In this document: in pieces, positions 15,439-27,938 of the stretch | Layout: each line of letters opens with the position of its first letter | Position numbering within the stretch: the stretch's first letter is position 1 | Assembly: GCA_951406725.2 (NCBI GenBank) | Contig: OX597818.1 | Location: 51,460,001-51,524,000, forward strand | DNA: 64,000 nucleotides | Source: Octopus vulgaris | Taxonomy: Eukaryota | Direction of reading: 5' to 3' | Notes under the pieces: generated by a model | What the model saw: the letters and a program-made list of their open reading frames with translations, nothing else | Databases searched by the model: none | What the model was told of the DNA's origin: nothing | Position numbers and translations under genes: made by a program

Positions 15439-16049
15439 TGTGTATTCCTAGGTTTTACATGTCGGAGATTAGAGATACGCAAAAATAAAAAAAATTCAAA
15501 ATTTTAACCCCCATCCCAATTTCGAAGTGTGGAAATTTTCTTAAAGCACCTGGCCATTCATTCGAAAGATCGCCCAGGTATGTATGTAAAGTGCACTTTC
15601 TACGTTCATTTGGTTAAAATGTAGAAACTTGGGTAAATTTTACCGAAACTTGTTTCGATATTGTTAAAAGTACCCTGTATTTTCCCACGTCACATATCTG
15701 CCTTAATGAAATTCCCACACTTCAATATACAACAATACAATTAAAAACTGGGTGCGTGGGTGTGTGGGGAGAGGGGGAGGTTGAGGGGGCGGGATTTAAA
15801 ATTTTTGAAAAAAAAAAAAAAAAATTTACCCCCCGCATGTCCGTATTTCTCCGATATATAACAACCTGGGAATCCGAATAAACTTTTTCAGAAGAAAAAA
15901 AAAATGCATTTTTCAAGGTGAGGTGCGAATCTGCAATTAGCCACGTTTTTTTTTATTAATAATCGACAGAAATTGACAGCTCTAACGTAAAAGGAAGAAA
16001 AAAACAAAAAACGTACTTTTGAGTTCTACTTCCCTCTTTGCTCACACAC

Positions 16050-16082
<33 letters not shown>

Positions 16083-16385
16083 TGTGTGCGTGTGTGCACA
16101 TACACACATATATATACATTTATATAAGATGGCTTAATTGGCCAAAACCGCGAGGTCGCTGTCTTGTTTAGGAATAAATTTGAACTCTGCAAAAGTACAG
16201 AGTGATTCAGATTAATGTAAAATCGTTTTTATTATAACTGAACATTATATATACTCTTTATCTTTTATTAAACTTTTAATACTTTTGATATATATCTAAA
16301 ATAATATAAATTAATTAATTTTATGTATTGGCTTATGTTTTTCATTGTTTGATTTGCCTAATAGTGGTTTTATCTCTAATTTAAT

Positions 16386-16425
<40 letters not shown>

Positions 16426-16463
16426 TATATAAATGGGTTTGTATGGTTGTGTATAGAGAGATA

Positions 16464-16768
16464 TGTATTATTTAAAGGAATTCCAACTCTGTTTTTTTTA
16501 TTTATGTTTTATTTATATTCTTCAAGGTCCCAGGTTGTGACAATAGTGTCACAACCTGGGACCTTGAAGACTGCTATAACGCATAAAAGTATACTAGTCC
16601 CTTAATATTTTATATCCAACATTTCATCTATTCAATAAGACAATCAATACTTTATTTCATTTTACTATATATATATACTATTTGTACTATATATTCTATA
16701 TTAATATTACAAAGAATATAAATAAAACATAAAAAAACAGACAGAGTTGGAATTTCTTTGAATAATAT
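16464..16768. repeat. Element with ~55-bp imperfect terminal inverted repeats
   Basis: TATTATTTAAAGGAATTCCAACTCTGT...TATGTTTTATTTATATTCTT versus AAGAATATAAATAAAACATA...ACAGAGTTGGAATTTCTTTGAATAATA. Confidence 0.75.
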
Positions 16769-17016
16769 ATATATATATATATACAAATTATTACATTTGA
16801 ATTCGCCTTAAATGGTCCCTTTACATACTGAATACTTGGTGAAATTGATTAATAATTAATTAATTTTACCCTCAATTGTTGAAATATATATATATATATA
16901 TATATATATATTTCAACAATTAATCAATATAGGGTAGCAAAAAATTCAATAGAAATTTTTTCGCCACCAGCGGTCTAGTGAGAGAGAGAGAAAATAGTCA
17001 GAGACTATGTATATAA

Positions 17017-17269
17017 ATTCAACAACAATTGAAGAACGGCCTCAAATAGGCCATTCGACCCACTAGAAAGAGCAGCCAGGACTCAAACCGCCAAGTAGTA
17101 GTAATTCAGAAATTAAAGGAAAATTAAAAAAATTAAAAAAAAACATTTACCCTAAATGTTTTTTTAAATTTTCCTTTAATTTCTGAATTACTACTACTTG
17201 GCGGTTTGAGTCCTGGCTGCTCTTTCTAGTGGGTCGAATGGCCTATTTGAGGCCGTTCTTCAATTGTTG

Positions 17270-17275
<6 letters not shown>
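17017..17275. repeat. Near-perfect palindrome, ~125-bp arms, 3-nt loop
   Basis: ATTCAACAACAATTGAAGAACGGCC...AAACATTTA-CCC-TAAATGTTT...GGCCGTTCTTCAATTGTTGTTGAAT. Confidence 0.95.
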
Positions 17276-17323
<48 letters not shown>

Positions 17324-19440
17324 ATAGAGAGAGAGAGAGAAAGGGGTGGTTAACTTCCGGTGAGCTGAAACTGGGACAATTTTCAAAAGCCGGTTTTTGG
17401 CAAATTCACGTCAATCACATTACACTGCTGAAGAGATAATGTATTTATGCCACCCGGTCCATTATATGGTACAAAAAAAAATTATATATATATATATAAT
17501 TCTGGGATACCTGAGATGTTTATGAGTATAAAAATGATAAACTTTAAGCAATGAGAATAATACAGTATAAAAATAAAAATAAAAGTTTTAAAGCTATGTG
17601 GACAAAAAACTTAACTATCATATTCAGGGTAAGTTAAATAAACACAAACACATTCGACCTCGATATACACCATTTAACGTCCGTTTTCCACGCTGGTATG
17701 GGTTGGACGGTTTGACTGGATTCAAGGCGGCGAGCTGGCAGAAACGTTAGCACGCCGGGCGAAATGCGTAGCCGTATTTCGTCTGCCGTTACGTTCTGGG
17801 TTCAAATTCCGCCCGGGTCGAATTTGCCTTTCATCCTTTCGGGGTCGATAAATTAAGTACCAGTTACGCACTGGGGTCGATATAATCAACTTAATCCGTT
17901 TGTCTGTCCTTGTTTGTCCTCTCTGTGTGTAGCTCCTTGTGGGTAGTAAAGAAATAGGTTTGACTGGATTCAGTGACTTACAGAATTGCCTGTTGCTTCA
18001 TGCTAGCCATTTTACAACTGTACCGGGTGCCTTTTTCGTGCCACTAGCACTAGTGAGGTTGCCAAGTAATTTGGCAGATAGAAAAGGATAAGAAAGGAGA
18101 AAGGCCCTTGCTCCACACACACACAGACACACAGATTGATAGATAGCCAGATATTCGTGGCACTCCGTCGGTTACGACGACGAGGGTTCCAGTTGATCCG
18201 ATCAACGGAACAGCCCGCTCGTGAAATTAATGTGCAAGTGGCTGAGCACTCCACAGACACGTGTTCTCGGGGAGATTCAGCATGACACAGAGTGTGACAA
18301 GACTGGCCCCTTTGAAATACAGGTACAACAGAAACAGGAGGAAAGAGTGAGAGAAAGTTGTGGTGAAAGAATACAGCAGGGTTCACCACCACTCCCTGCT
18401 GGAGCGTCGTGGAAATTTAAGGTGTTTTTGCTCAATAAACACTCATAACGCCCGGTCTGGGAATCGAAACCGCGATCGTATGACTGCAAATATGCTGCCC
18501 TAACCACTGGGTAATTGCGCCTCCACGATAGCCAGATATAAAATGAAAGTGAATTATTAAGAGATATATGTCAGAGAATGGCCAAGAGCATACAGTTGAA
18601 CAACAAATGAACAAGGGTATACTAAACAACATACAAGGTAAGGTCTTAGCTTATTGAAATTATCCACGCTTCTAGTGGAGGTAATTCAATTATTTGGTGG
18701 CAATATGTACTAACTTCAAATAGGAATGAGAAATAATCTCAAGTATCATGAATTCTCCAAAACTGGCATGCCATTAAGGAAGAAACAGTCTATCAGAAGA
18801 TAAGAGGACTGGGGTGGACACATGCTTTCACCATAATAAACGTCATCAGCACAGCAACTGTCTGACCTTATTTTCAGTGAGACAATATATAGAAAAAGAA
18901 AACATTTATGGTCTAAGCAATTTGCAAAAATGAAACGAAAATGAACCGAGAGAAATAATTCGGATTGTCCAGTCCAGTGGTACGCATTTAAACAATAAAG
19001 ATGAATAATGGTATATTAAATAATATACAAGATAAATTTCTGATTTATTGAAGTTAACTTTGCCTCCAGAGAGGATAGAGCAATCACTTGGTGGCAGTCG
19101 ATACCAACTTCAAATGAGAAGGAGAGATAATCTCGAGGACTAAGAATTCCCAGAAATATTGACACTGATAGACACACACACATAAATATGTATACATATA
19201 TATATATAAATAATAAATGCACCCTTTTCAAAGCCTAGCCAGGCTCATGGGCCCGGTTTCTATGGCGTATGTGTTCCCCAGCTAGACGTGACGCCGGTCT
19301 ATCGCAGCGTTACTCATTTTTGCCAGCTGAGTGAAATGAAGTGTTTTGCTCAAGAACACAACGCGTTGCTCGGTCCAGGAATCGAAACCACAATCTTACA
19401 ATCATGATGCTGACACCCTAACCACTAAGCCACGCGCCTC

Positions 19441-19481
<41 letters not shown>

Positions 19482-19898
19482 GCATATGTATTAAAGACCA
19501 TGTGGATATGAAGAACAAGAGATTTGTGTGTGTACTGAGGAGACCCCCTTCGGTCATGAATGACCATGCTGAGCACCTAGAAAGTTACCCTCCTAGGCAC
19601 AAGTCCGGGCAAGGTTGTTTATGGAAGACCAGTAGTCGCCCATGCATACCAGCCTTCACTCTCCATGCCACCAATGTTATCCAAGGGAAAGGCAAAGGCT
19701 AATACAGCTTGGCACCAGTAATGTTGCAACTCATTTCTACAGTTGAGTGAACTGAAGCAACGTGAAAGAAAGTGTCTTGCTCTAAAACACAACACAGCCT
19801 GGTAAGGGAATCGAACTCACAACCTCACAATCGTAAGCTCGGTGCTCTAACCACTGAGCCATGCGCCTTCACATGTGTGCATATAGATGTGTGTGTGC

Positions 19899-19932
<34 letters not shown>

Positions 19933-22218
19933 AGATCAGACTGGAGCCTGGTGCAGCCTCCTGGCTTCCCAGACCCCGGTCGAACCGTCCAACCCATGCT
20001 AGCACGGAAAACGGACGTTAAACGATGATGATGATAGATATAGATATATCATCATCCTTTAACGTCTGTTTTCCATGCTGGCATGGGTTGGACAGTTTGA
20101 CATGCTGCACCAGGTTTCCGTCTGATTAGGCTTGGTTTCTACAGCTGGATGCCCTTCTTAGCACCAACCACTTTACACTGTGCTGGGTGCTTTTAATGTG
20201 CCACCGGCACAAGCACTTGTGCAATGAGCTCGCACGAGTGCCATTATATGGCGCCTCACACATGTGCATGTACAGAACACAAGAAAAAGATGCAACATGA
20301 AGGCACAAACAGAAATAGCACCCAAATTTCCTTCAAATCATATCTTATCGTTTTAATATCTACTTTTTTAAAGGTGGCGAGCTGGCAGAAACGTTAGCAC
20401 GCCGGGCGAAATGCTTAGCAGTATTTCGTCTGCCGCTACGTTCCGAGTTCAAATACCGCCGAGGTAGACTTTGCCTTGCATCCTTTCAGGGTCGATAAAC
20501 TAAGTACCAGTTACGCACTGGGGATCGATGTAATCGACTTACTCCCTTTGTCTGTCCTCTCTATGTTTAGCCCCTTGTGGGTAATAAAGAAATAGGCATT
20601 TCATCTGTCTTTACGTTGTGAGTTCAAATTCTGCCAAGGTTGACTTTGCTTTCATCGTTTTAGGGTCGATAAATTAAGTACCAGTTGCATACTGAGGTCG
20701 ATCTAACCAACCACCACCCCACCCCACCTTCCTAAAAAAATAAATAAAATTCAGGCCTTGTGCCTAGAATAGAAAAGAATATCTACTTTTCCATGCTTAC
20801 AAGGGTTAGATGAGAGTATTTTAAGGCAGAGTTTTTTATGGCCTGGAGCCCTTTCCGACACCCCATTCCCCGCTTCCAAGTGAAGCTACAGGGGCATGAT
20901 TATGTAGTCCTTCATACACCCTAATGCTCGTGACTCAAACATATTTGAGCAGAGGTCTTGTCAATTGAGGCAGAACAATATTTAGAAGTAATACTGGTCT
21001 CTGCTCCATCAAAACACTTAGTACTCTTAGAGTAACCCCTACCAAGTCATACCCAAGTGATAAGAAGTTTGCACCCCAATGACTTGGTTGTGTTCAGTTT
21101 CACTGCATGGCTTCTTCTTCTTAAGCCTAGGGCTGACCAAAAGCCCTGTAAGTGAATCTCGTAGATGGGAACTGAATACGTATGTAAATGATTGTCACTG
21201 TTACATAAGTAGTATCATTTGTTCCCAGTATTCTTTTCTAATCTAGGCACAAGGCCTGAAATTTTGGGGGAGGAGGTCAGTCGATTAGATTGACCCCAGT
21301 ATGCAACAAGTACTTAATTTATCGACCGTGAAAGGAAGAAATGCAAAGTCAACCTCGGCAGAAATTCATTTCCAATTTTTACCTTACTCTTTTAATTGCT
21401 TCAGTCATGTGACTGTGGCCATGCTGGAGCACCGCCTTTAGTCGAGCAAATCGACCCCAGGACTTATTCTTTGTAAGCCTAGTACTTATTGTATCGGTCT
21501 CTTTTGCCGAACTGCTAAGTTACGGGGACCTAAACATACCGGCATCGTTTGTCAAGCGATGTTGGGGGGACAAACACACATACAAACATATATACACACA
21601 TATATGCATATATACGACGGGCTTCTTTCAGTTTCCGTCTACCAAATCCACTCACAAGGTTTTGGTCGGCCTGAGGCTATAGTAGAAGACACTTGCCCAA
21701 GGTGCCATGCAGTGGGACTGAACCCGGAACCATGTGATTCGTAAACAAGCTACTTACCACACAGCCACTCCTACGCCCTTGCTTAGAAATAGGTGAGGGT
21801 TGGTGACAGGAAGGGTATCCAGCCGCAGAATATCTGCCTTGTATGAACTCGGTCTGACCCATGAGGAAGTTGACGTTAAATAATTGATGATGATGATACA
21901 TACCAATATCGTTCAGCATCCGTTGCCCATGCTGGCATGGGTTGGATGGTTTGTTCAGTGCTGGCAAGCTTGAAGGCTGCACCAGGTTCCAGTCTGATTT
22001 GGTATGGTTTCTACAGCTGGATGCCCTTCCTAACACCAACAACCACTCTGAGAGTGCAATGAGTGCCTTTACATGCCATTTACGTGACACCGGTATCTGC
22101 CACAACTAAGATTTTACTTGGCTTGATATATATATATGTTCTTTTATTGGTTTCGATCATTTGACTGTGGCCATGCTGGAGCACTGCCTTTAGTAAAACA
22201 AAATCGACCCCAGGACTT

Positions 22219-22497
22219 CTTCCGTGTCGCATTAGCATCCCAGTTTGCTGATTTAACACTCGCCTCACTGGGGGCAGCGAGCGCGTCAGAGGGTATCCAG
22301 TCGCAGAATATCTGCCTTGTATAAACTCGGTCTAACCCATGGGAAGGTTGACGTTAAATAATAGATGATGATGATTACGTGGTCCCTAGCCTCAAATCGT
22401 CAGGTCTGGTTGGCGTTTGTGAGAGATGCAGCATTGAGGATGAATGAAGCCAGCTCAACCCACCCCGGGTGAATGCTGTCTCAAGACAAGAGAAGAA
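22219..22497 (+). mobile_element. Short RTE-type 3'-end insertion with 13-bp TSD inside a SINE
   Basis: TSD GACCCCAGGACTT at 22206-22218 and 22498-22510. 3' end reads ...WLAFVRDAALRMNEASSTHPG* followed by an AAG-rich tail. Confidence 0.75.
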
Positions 22498-24125
22498 GAC
22501 CCCAGGACTTGTTCTTTGTAAGCCTAATACTTATTCTATCACTCTCTTTTCTGAACCACTAAGTTACAGGGATGTAAACACACCAGCGTCGGTTGTCAAG
22601 CGATGGTGTGGGGACAAACTAAAGGCGGCGAGCTGGCAGAAACGTTAGCACGCCAGGCGAAATGCTTAGCGGTATTTCGTCTCCGTTACGTTGTGAGTTC
22701 AAATTCCGCCAAGGTTGACTTTGCCTTTCATCCTTTCGGGGTCGATAAATTAAGTACCAGTTATGCACTGGGGTCGATGTAATTGACTTAATACCTATGT
22801 CTGTCCCCTCTGTGTTTAGCCCCTTGTGGGTAATAAAGAAATAGGTGTGGGGACAAACATATATATATATATATTTTAAGTATTATTTCGTGATGTGCAA
22901 ACTGATACCATGAGTTTACTGTAAGATATACTTATTAGGTTAATTTTGTATTATCTGAAATAGAATACCTGCATATCGATTAATCCCCCAAAATTGAATA
23001 TACTTTGTATATTTATAGATAAATATATAAATTTAGCGATAAATAAGACCCCCAAGGTACGATATGTAGATGCATATAACGCTGTAAGGTTACACCTGTT
23101 TGATTTGTAAAATTGTTTTCCCAAAAAGCACCCACTACACTCTCGGAGTGGTTGGCGTTAGGAAGGGCATCCAGCTGTAGAAACTCTGCCAGATCAAGAC
23201 TGGAGCCTGGTGCAGCCATCTGGTTGCCGGCCCTCAGTCAAAACCGTCCAACCCATGCTAGCGTAGAAAACAGATGTTAAATGATGATGATGATGATATA
23301 TATATCACAAGGCTTTGGTCGGCCCGAGGCTATAGTAGAAGACACTTACCCAAGGTGCTACACAGTGGGACTGAACCCAGAACTATGTGGTTGGGAAGAA
23401 AGCTATCTTCCATGCTGACAAGAGTTAAATAGTTCCACAGGAACTGGCACATCAGGAGACTGCTTCAAACCCTGCCCTCTGCCTTGACATGGTTTCTATG
23501 GCTGAATGATCTTCCTAACAGCAGCTACTTTACAAAGTATATTACTGAGTGCTTCTTATGTGGCACCATCAGCAGTGAGGCCACCATCTTCATCATTTGA
23601 CATCTGTCTTCCATGCTGGAATGGATTGGACAGTTCGACGGGAGCTGGCAAGGCGGAGAGCTGCACCAGACCCTATTGTCTGCTTTGGCACAGTCTTTAA
23701 GGCTGGATGCCCTTCCTAACTCTAACCACTTTACAGAGTGTACTGGTTGCTCTTTATGTGACACCGTCACCAGTGCTTTTTACATGACGCCACCACTTGA
23801 GGGTGTCATCAAGTAACTTGCAAAATGAAGCCCCACTCAGATGAGAGAGGGGATGGGAAAAGGGTAAATTGAATAGAGACAGGTGGTAGTCTGCATTGGT
23901 ATGGTATGTATTTCGAAAAATCAACTGAAAGTGCACCATTTCAGACAGGGTTCTTCAGGGTAAAGTTGATTGGAGTTACAGGTGTAACATGATGTAGTTA
24001 GCGTCATGAAAGCAGGAGAAAGATAGAAGATACTTCTCTATGATGTGGTACAGATCTCAGTTAAGGCATTTGCCATTAGGCATAGTGAAGATGGAGGTCT
24101 GCAGAATTCAAATCATCATCATCCC

Positions 24126-24564
24126 TTAACCCTTTCGTTATCAATCCAGCTGAAACTGGCTCTGGCTCTGAGTACAAATGTCTTGTTTGCATAAGTTCTG
24201 AATTTAAATTTTCCACCAAACCTTAGTCACAATTTATGTTCCTAACACTAGCTGAATGATAACTAAGTTATTTGAAAGGAACACAGAGCATCTCAACAGA
24301 AATATGGTCACAAAAGGGTTAAAATATATGATAGAGAAGCAATTCTTAACCCTTTCATTACCAACCCGGTTGAATCCGGCTCTGGCTCTGAGTACAAATG
24401 TCTTGTTTTCATAAGTTTTGTATTAAAATCTTCCACCAAACAATTTATGTTCCTAACACTAGCTGAATGATAATTAAGTTATTTTACTAAATTCTTTGTT
24501 ATATTTAAAGTAACTGAAAGAAACACAGAACATCTCAAAATAAATACAGCAACAAAAGGGTTAA
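24126..24564. mobile_element. Two adjacent copies of the same TTAA-flanked MITE (24126-24322, 24346-24564)
   Basis: Both are bounded by TTAACCCTTT...AAAGGGTTAA and are homologous to 8726-8916 in opposite orientation. Confidence 0.8.
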
Positions 24565-25166
24565 CATCCTCCTTCCAGGATAGCATGAGTTGGATGGTTT
24601 GAGAGGAGCCTGCACCAGACTTCTGTGTCTGTTTTGGCAGGGTTTTTTTTAATGCTGGATGCTCTTCTTAACACCAACCACCCAGCAAAGTGGACTGAGT
24701 GCTCTTTATGTAGCACAAGCACAGGTGAGGTTAGTTGGGCATCATTTTTACAGCAGGACACCTTTCCAAATGCCAGCCACTTTGCAGTATGAACTGGATG
24801 CTTTGTAAGTGGCACCAGCACTGGCAGGGTCACCAAGTAACTTGCAAGACATAGGATCCTTTGAGAGGGAAGAGGGCATCAGAGGAGGGGGTCTTGTGTC
24901 AAATGATGAAAGGTTATAGTGAAACAGGTGTCTTGCTGTAGGGGATATATCAAATATATTGGAATCCAAAGGGGCTTGAATTATTCAGAAAAATCAGCAT
25001 AGGCTTAGGAGTGTGGTAAGTAACTTGCTTACGAACCACATGGTTCCGGGTGCAGTCCCACTGCATGGTACCTTGGGTAAGTGTCTTCTACTATACCCTC
25101 AGGCCGACCAAAGCCTCGTGAGTGGATTTAGTAGGCAGAAACTGAAAGAAGCCCGTTGTATACATG

Positions 25167-25197
<31 letters not shown>

Positions 25198-26497
25198 CTG
25201 TCTGTCCCCCCAACATCGCTTGACAACCGATGGTGGTGTGTTTATGTCCCCGTAACTTAGCAGTTTGGCAAAAAGAGACCAATAGAATAAGTATAGGCTT
25301 ACAAAGAATAAGCCCTGAGGTCGATTTGCTCAATCAACTAAAGGTGGTGCTCCAGCATGGCCACAGTCAAATGACTGAAACAAGTAAAAGAGTAGAAAGA
25401 ACACAGTGTAAAATTGCCACAACTGTCCTGCTCTCCTCTCAACTTTTCTATGAAGAAGGACCATCGAAAATGGATTTTAATTTCCTATAGAAACTTCATT
25501 GTACTCTCTTTTATCTTTATGTGTTCCAATCATTGAACTGCAGCCATGCTGGGGCACCACCTTGAAGGGTTACAGTCAAGCAAATTGACAGCAGACGTTT
25601 TAAATCTGGTACCTATTTTATTAGTTTCTTTTGCTGAACTGCTAAGTTACAGGGACATAAACAAAACAACACTGGTTGTCAAGTGGTTGGGAAGGGACGT
25701 GCACATGCACAAAGACACACACATACATGTATACGACAGGCTTCTTTCAGTTTCCGTCTACCAAATTCACTCACAAGGAATTGTTTGGCCAGGGACCACA
25801 GTAAAAGAAACTTGCCCAAGGTGACACGCAGTAGGGCTGAACCTGGTCTATTTAATTTTACTGGCACTGAAAAACTTTGCAAAAATGTTACTCCGAGTTT
25901 TACATAATCAATCATCCACATAGAAACCAATGGTTTTAAACAGTGTACCATTTAAAACCATTCTATGTTCCAAAAGTTTACTTTTTTTCTTGGCACGTAA
26001 AAAGCACCCACTACACTCCCGTAGTGGTTGGCATTAGGAAGGGCATATCCAGCTGTAGAAACACTGCCAGATCAGACTGGGCCTGGTGCAGCCTCCTGGC
26101 TTCCCAGACCCCGGTCGAACCGTCCAACCCATGCTAGCATGGAAAGCAGACGTTAAACGATGATGATGATGAATGATTAGATACATGAAACTTAGAGTAA
26201 TAGCTTCAATAAAACTGTATTTACTCTACCTCTCGTAGTCGAGAACTAATTTCTGCACCTTATATATACATACACACTCTCTCTCAATAGATATGATTTT
26301 TTTCCATGTAGCATCAGCAAGCAGTTTTACACTGTTGCATTCTGGAGAAAATAGAATCAGTTTTGCAAATGAGAAATGAAAATCAGAAACTGACAGCCAT
26401 TTAAATAGTTTCATAATAATTATTGAGTTTGAAGTTTGCAAATTTACAAAACTGAAGATGTTATATCTGAACACATCTCTTCCCATTGTTTTAGGGC

Positions 26498-26528
<31 letters not shown>

Positions 26529-27938
26529 AAGTAAAAAATATATACAAACTGGGACAAGAACGTGAAACACCTAGAAGACGACATGTATATATATATATAT
26601 ATATACACACATATATATATATGCATTTGATACCATCATTTATAAGGCGAGCTGGTCAAATCGTTAGCATGCCGGGCAAAATGCATGGCGGCATATCGTC
26701 CGAGTACAGATCCTGAGTTCAAATTCCGCCGAGGTCGACTTTGCCTTCCACCCTTTTTGGGGTCGATGTAATCGACTTATTCCCATTCCCGAACTTGCAG
26801 GCCTTGTGCCAAAATTTGAAACCAATATATTATTGGGCTTTGTCCTGCAAAACGCTGGATAAAAGGATTAATGCTTTTTTTTTAAAAAAAACACCGTTTT
26901 TTGAATCCCTATAAAAAGCGCTTTTGCAGAGGCATAAGTGTTACAATATTTCTTCTTTTCTAAATTATCAAATATTTAAAAGAAAAAATGCCTTGTTCTC
27001 TCTCCCTGTGCAACAATCATCAACAAACGATATCGAAAACGTCAGAGCAGAGCACGGAAAGTTAACAAAAATAAGCAACATTAGTTAAAAGAAATGTGAA
27101 GACGAATTCTTGAGTTCAAATTCTGCCTCAGCCGACTTTGTCTTTTTATTGTTCCGGGATCAATAACATAATTGTTATCAGTCAACTACAAGGAATAGAT
27201 TTAATCGATGTCACCACCCACTAACAACATTCAAAAAATGTGTAAATTTGTAGCACTTTTAGAAATCGTTTATTTATCCAATAGCCACTCCATATCTGAT
27301 TGGGAAAATAAGAACGGTCTGAGATCGATTTAATTGACCTCTGTTCTTGTTTTTTCCTCCCAAATTTCTAGGCTAGTGTCAAAGAAATTGGAATAGCACA
27401 GTCGTTAGAACAGGCAGTATATTAGTTACGGCCCTTCAAGTTCGGAGTTCGTATCACGCCCGAGGTCAATGTTGCCCTTCGCCTTTCCTGGGCCGATGAA
27501 ATAAAGCACCAATCAAGTACTAAGATCGATACAATGGATTGTAACCCTCTCAAATTTAAGGTCAAGGCTGAATCGTCGGCGCGTCGAACAAAATATCTTG
27601 CAGTAAGTATTCCGGCTCTTTGCATTCTGAGTTCGAATCCCACCGAAGTCAACTTCGCTTTTATCTCTCCGGAGTTAATAAGATAAGCTATCTAAACAGT
27701 CAGTCAGTTACTCAGATCGATGATATCGACTGACGAACGAACCCTCCTCCTCCCTGTCTCATCAAAATCGCCGGCCTTGTGCAGAAATCAGAAACAGTTA
27801 TTTGTACTTTAAAAGCGATTCATGTAAAAAAGAAAATAACAAAGTGAAACGAATAACAAAAAAAAAAATTAATCTTTTTTTCTAAAAAAAAAAAAAAAAA
27901 GAAAAAAAAAACAGAAAGAAATCAATACAAGGACTTAC

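Noticed and set aside
27922-27938. ORF-track C-terminus GKSLY* as the true protein end
   Set aside because: It overlaps a perfect GTAAGT donor followed by a poly-T intron-like tract, so read-through into the intron is more likely.
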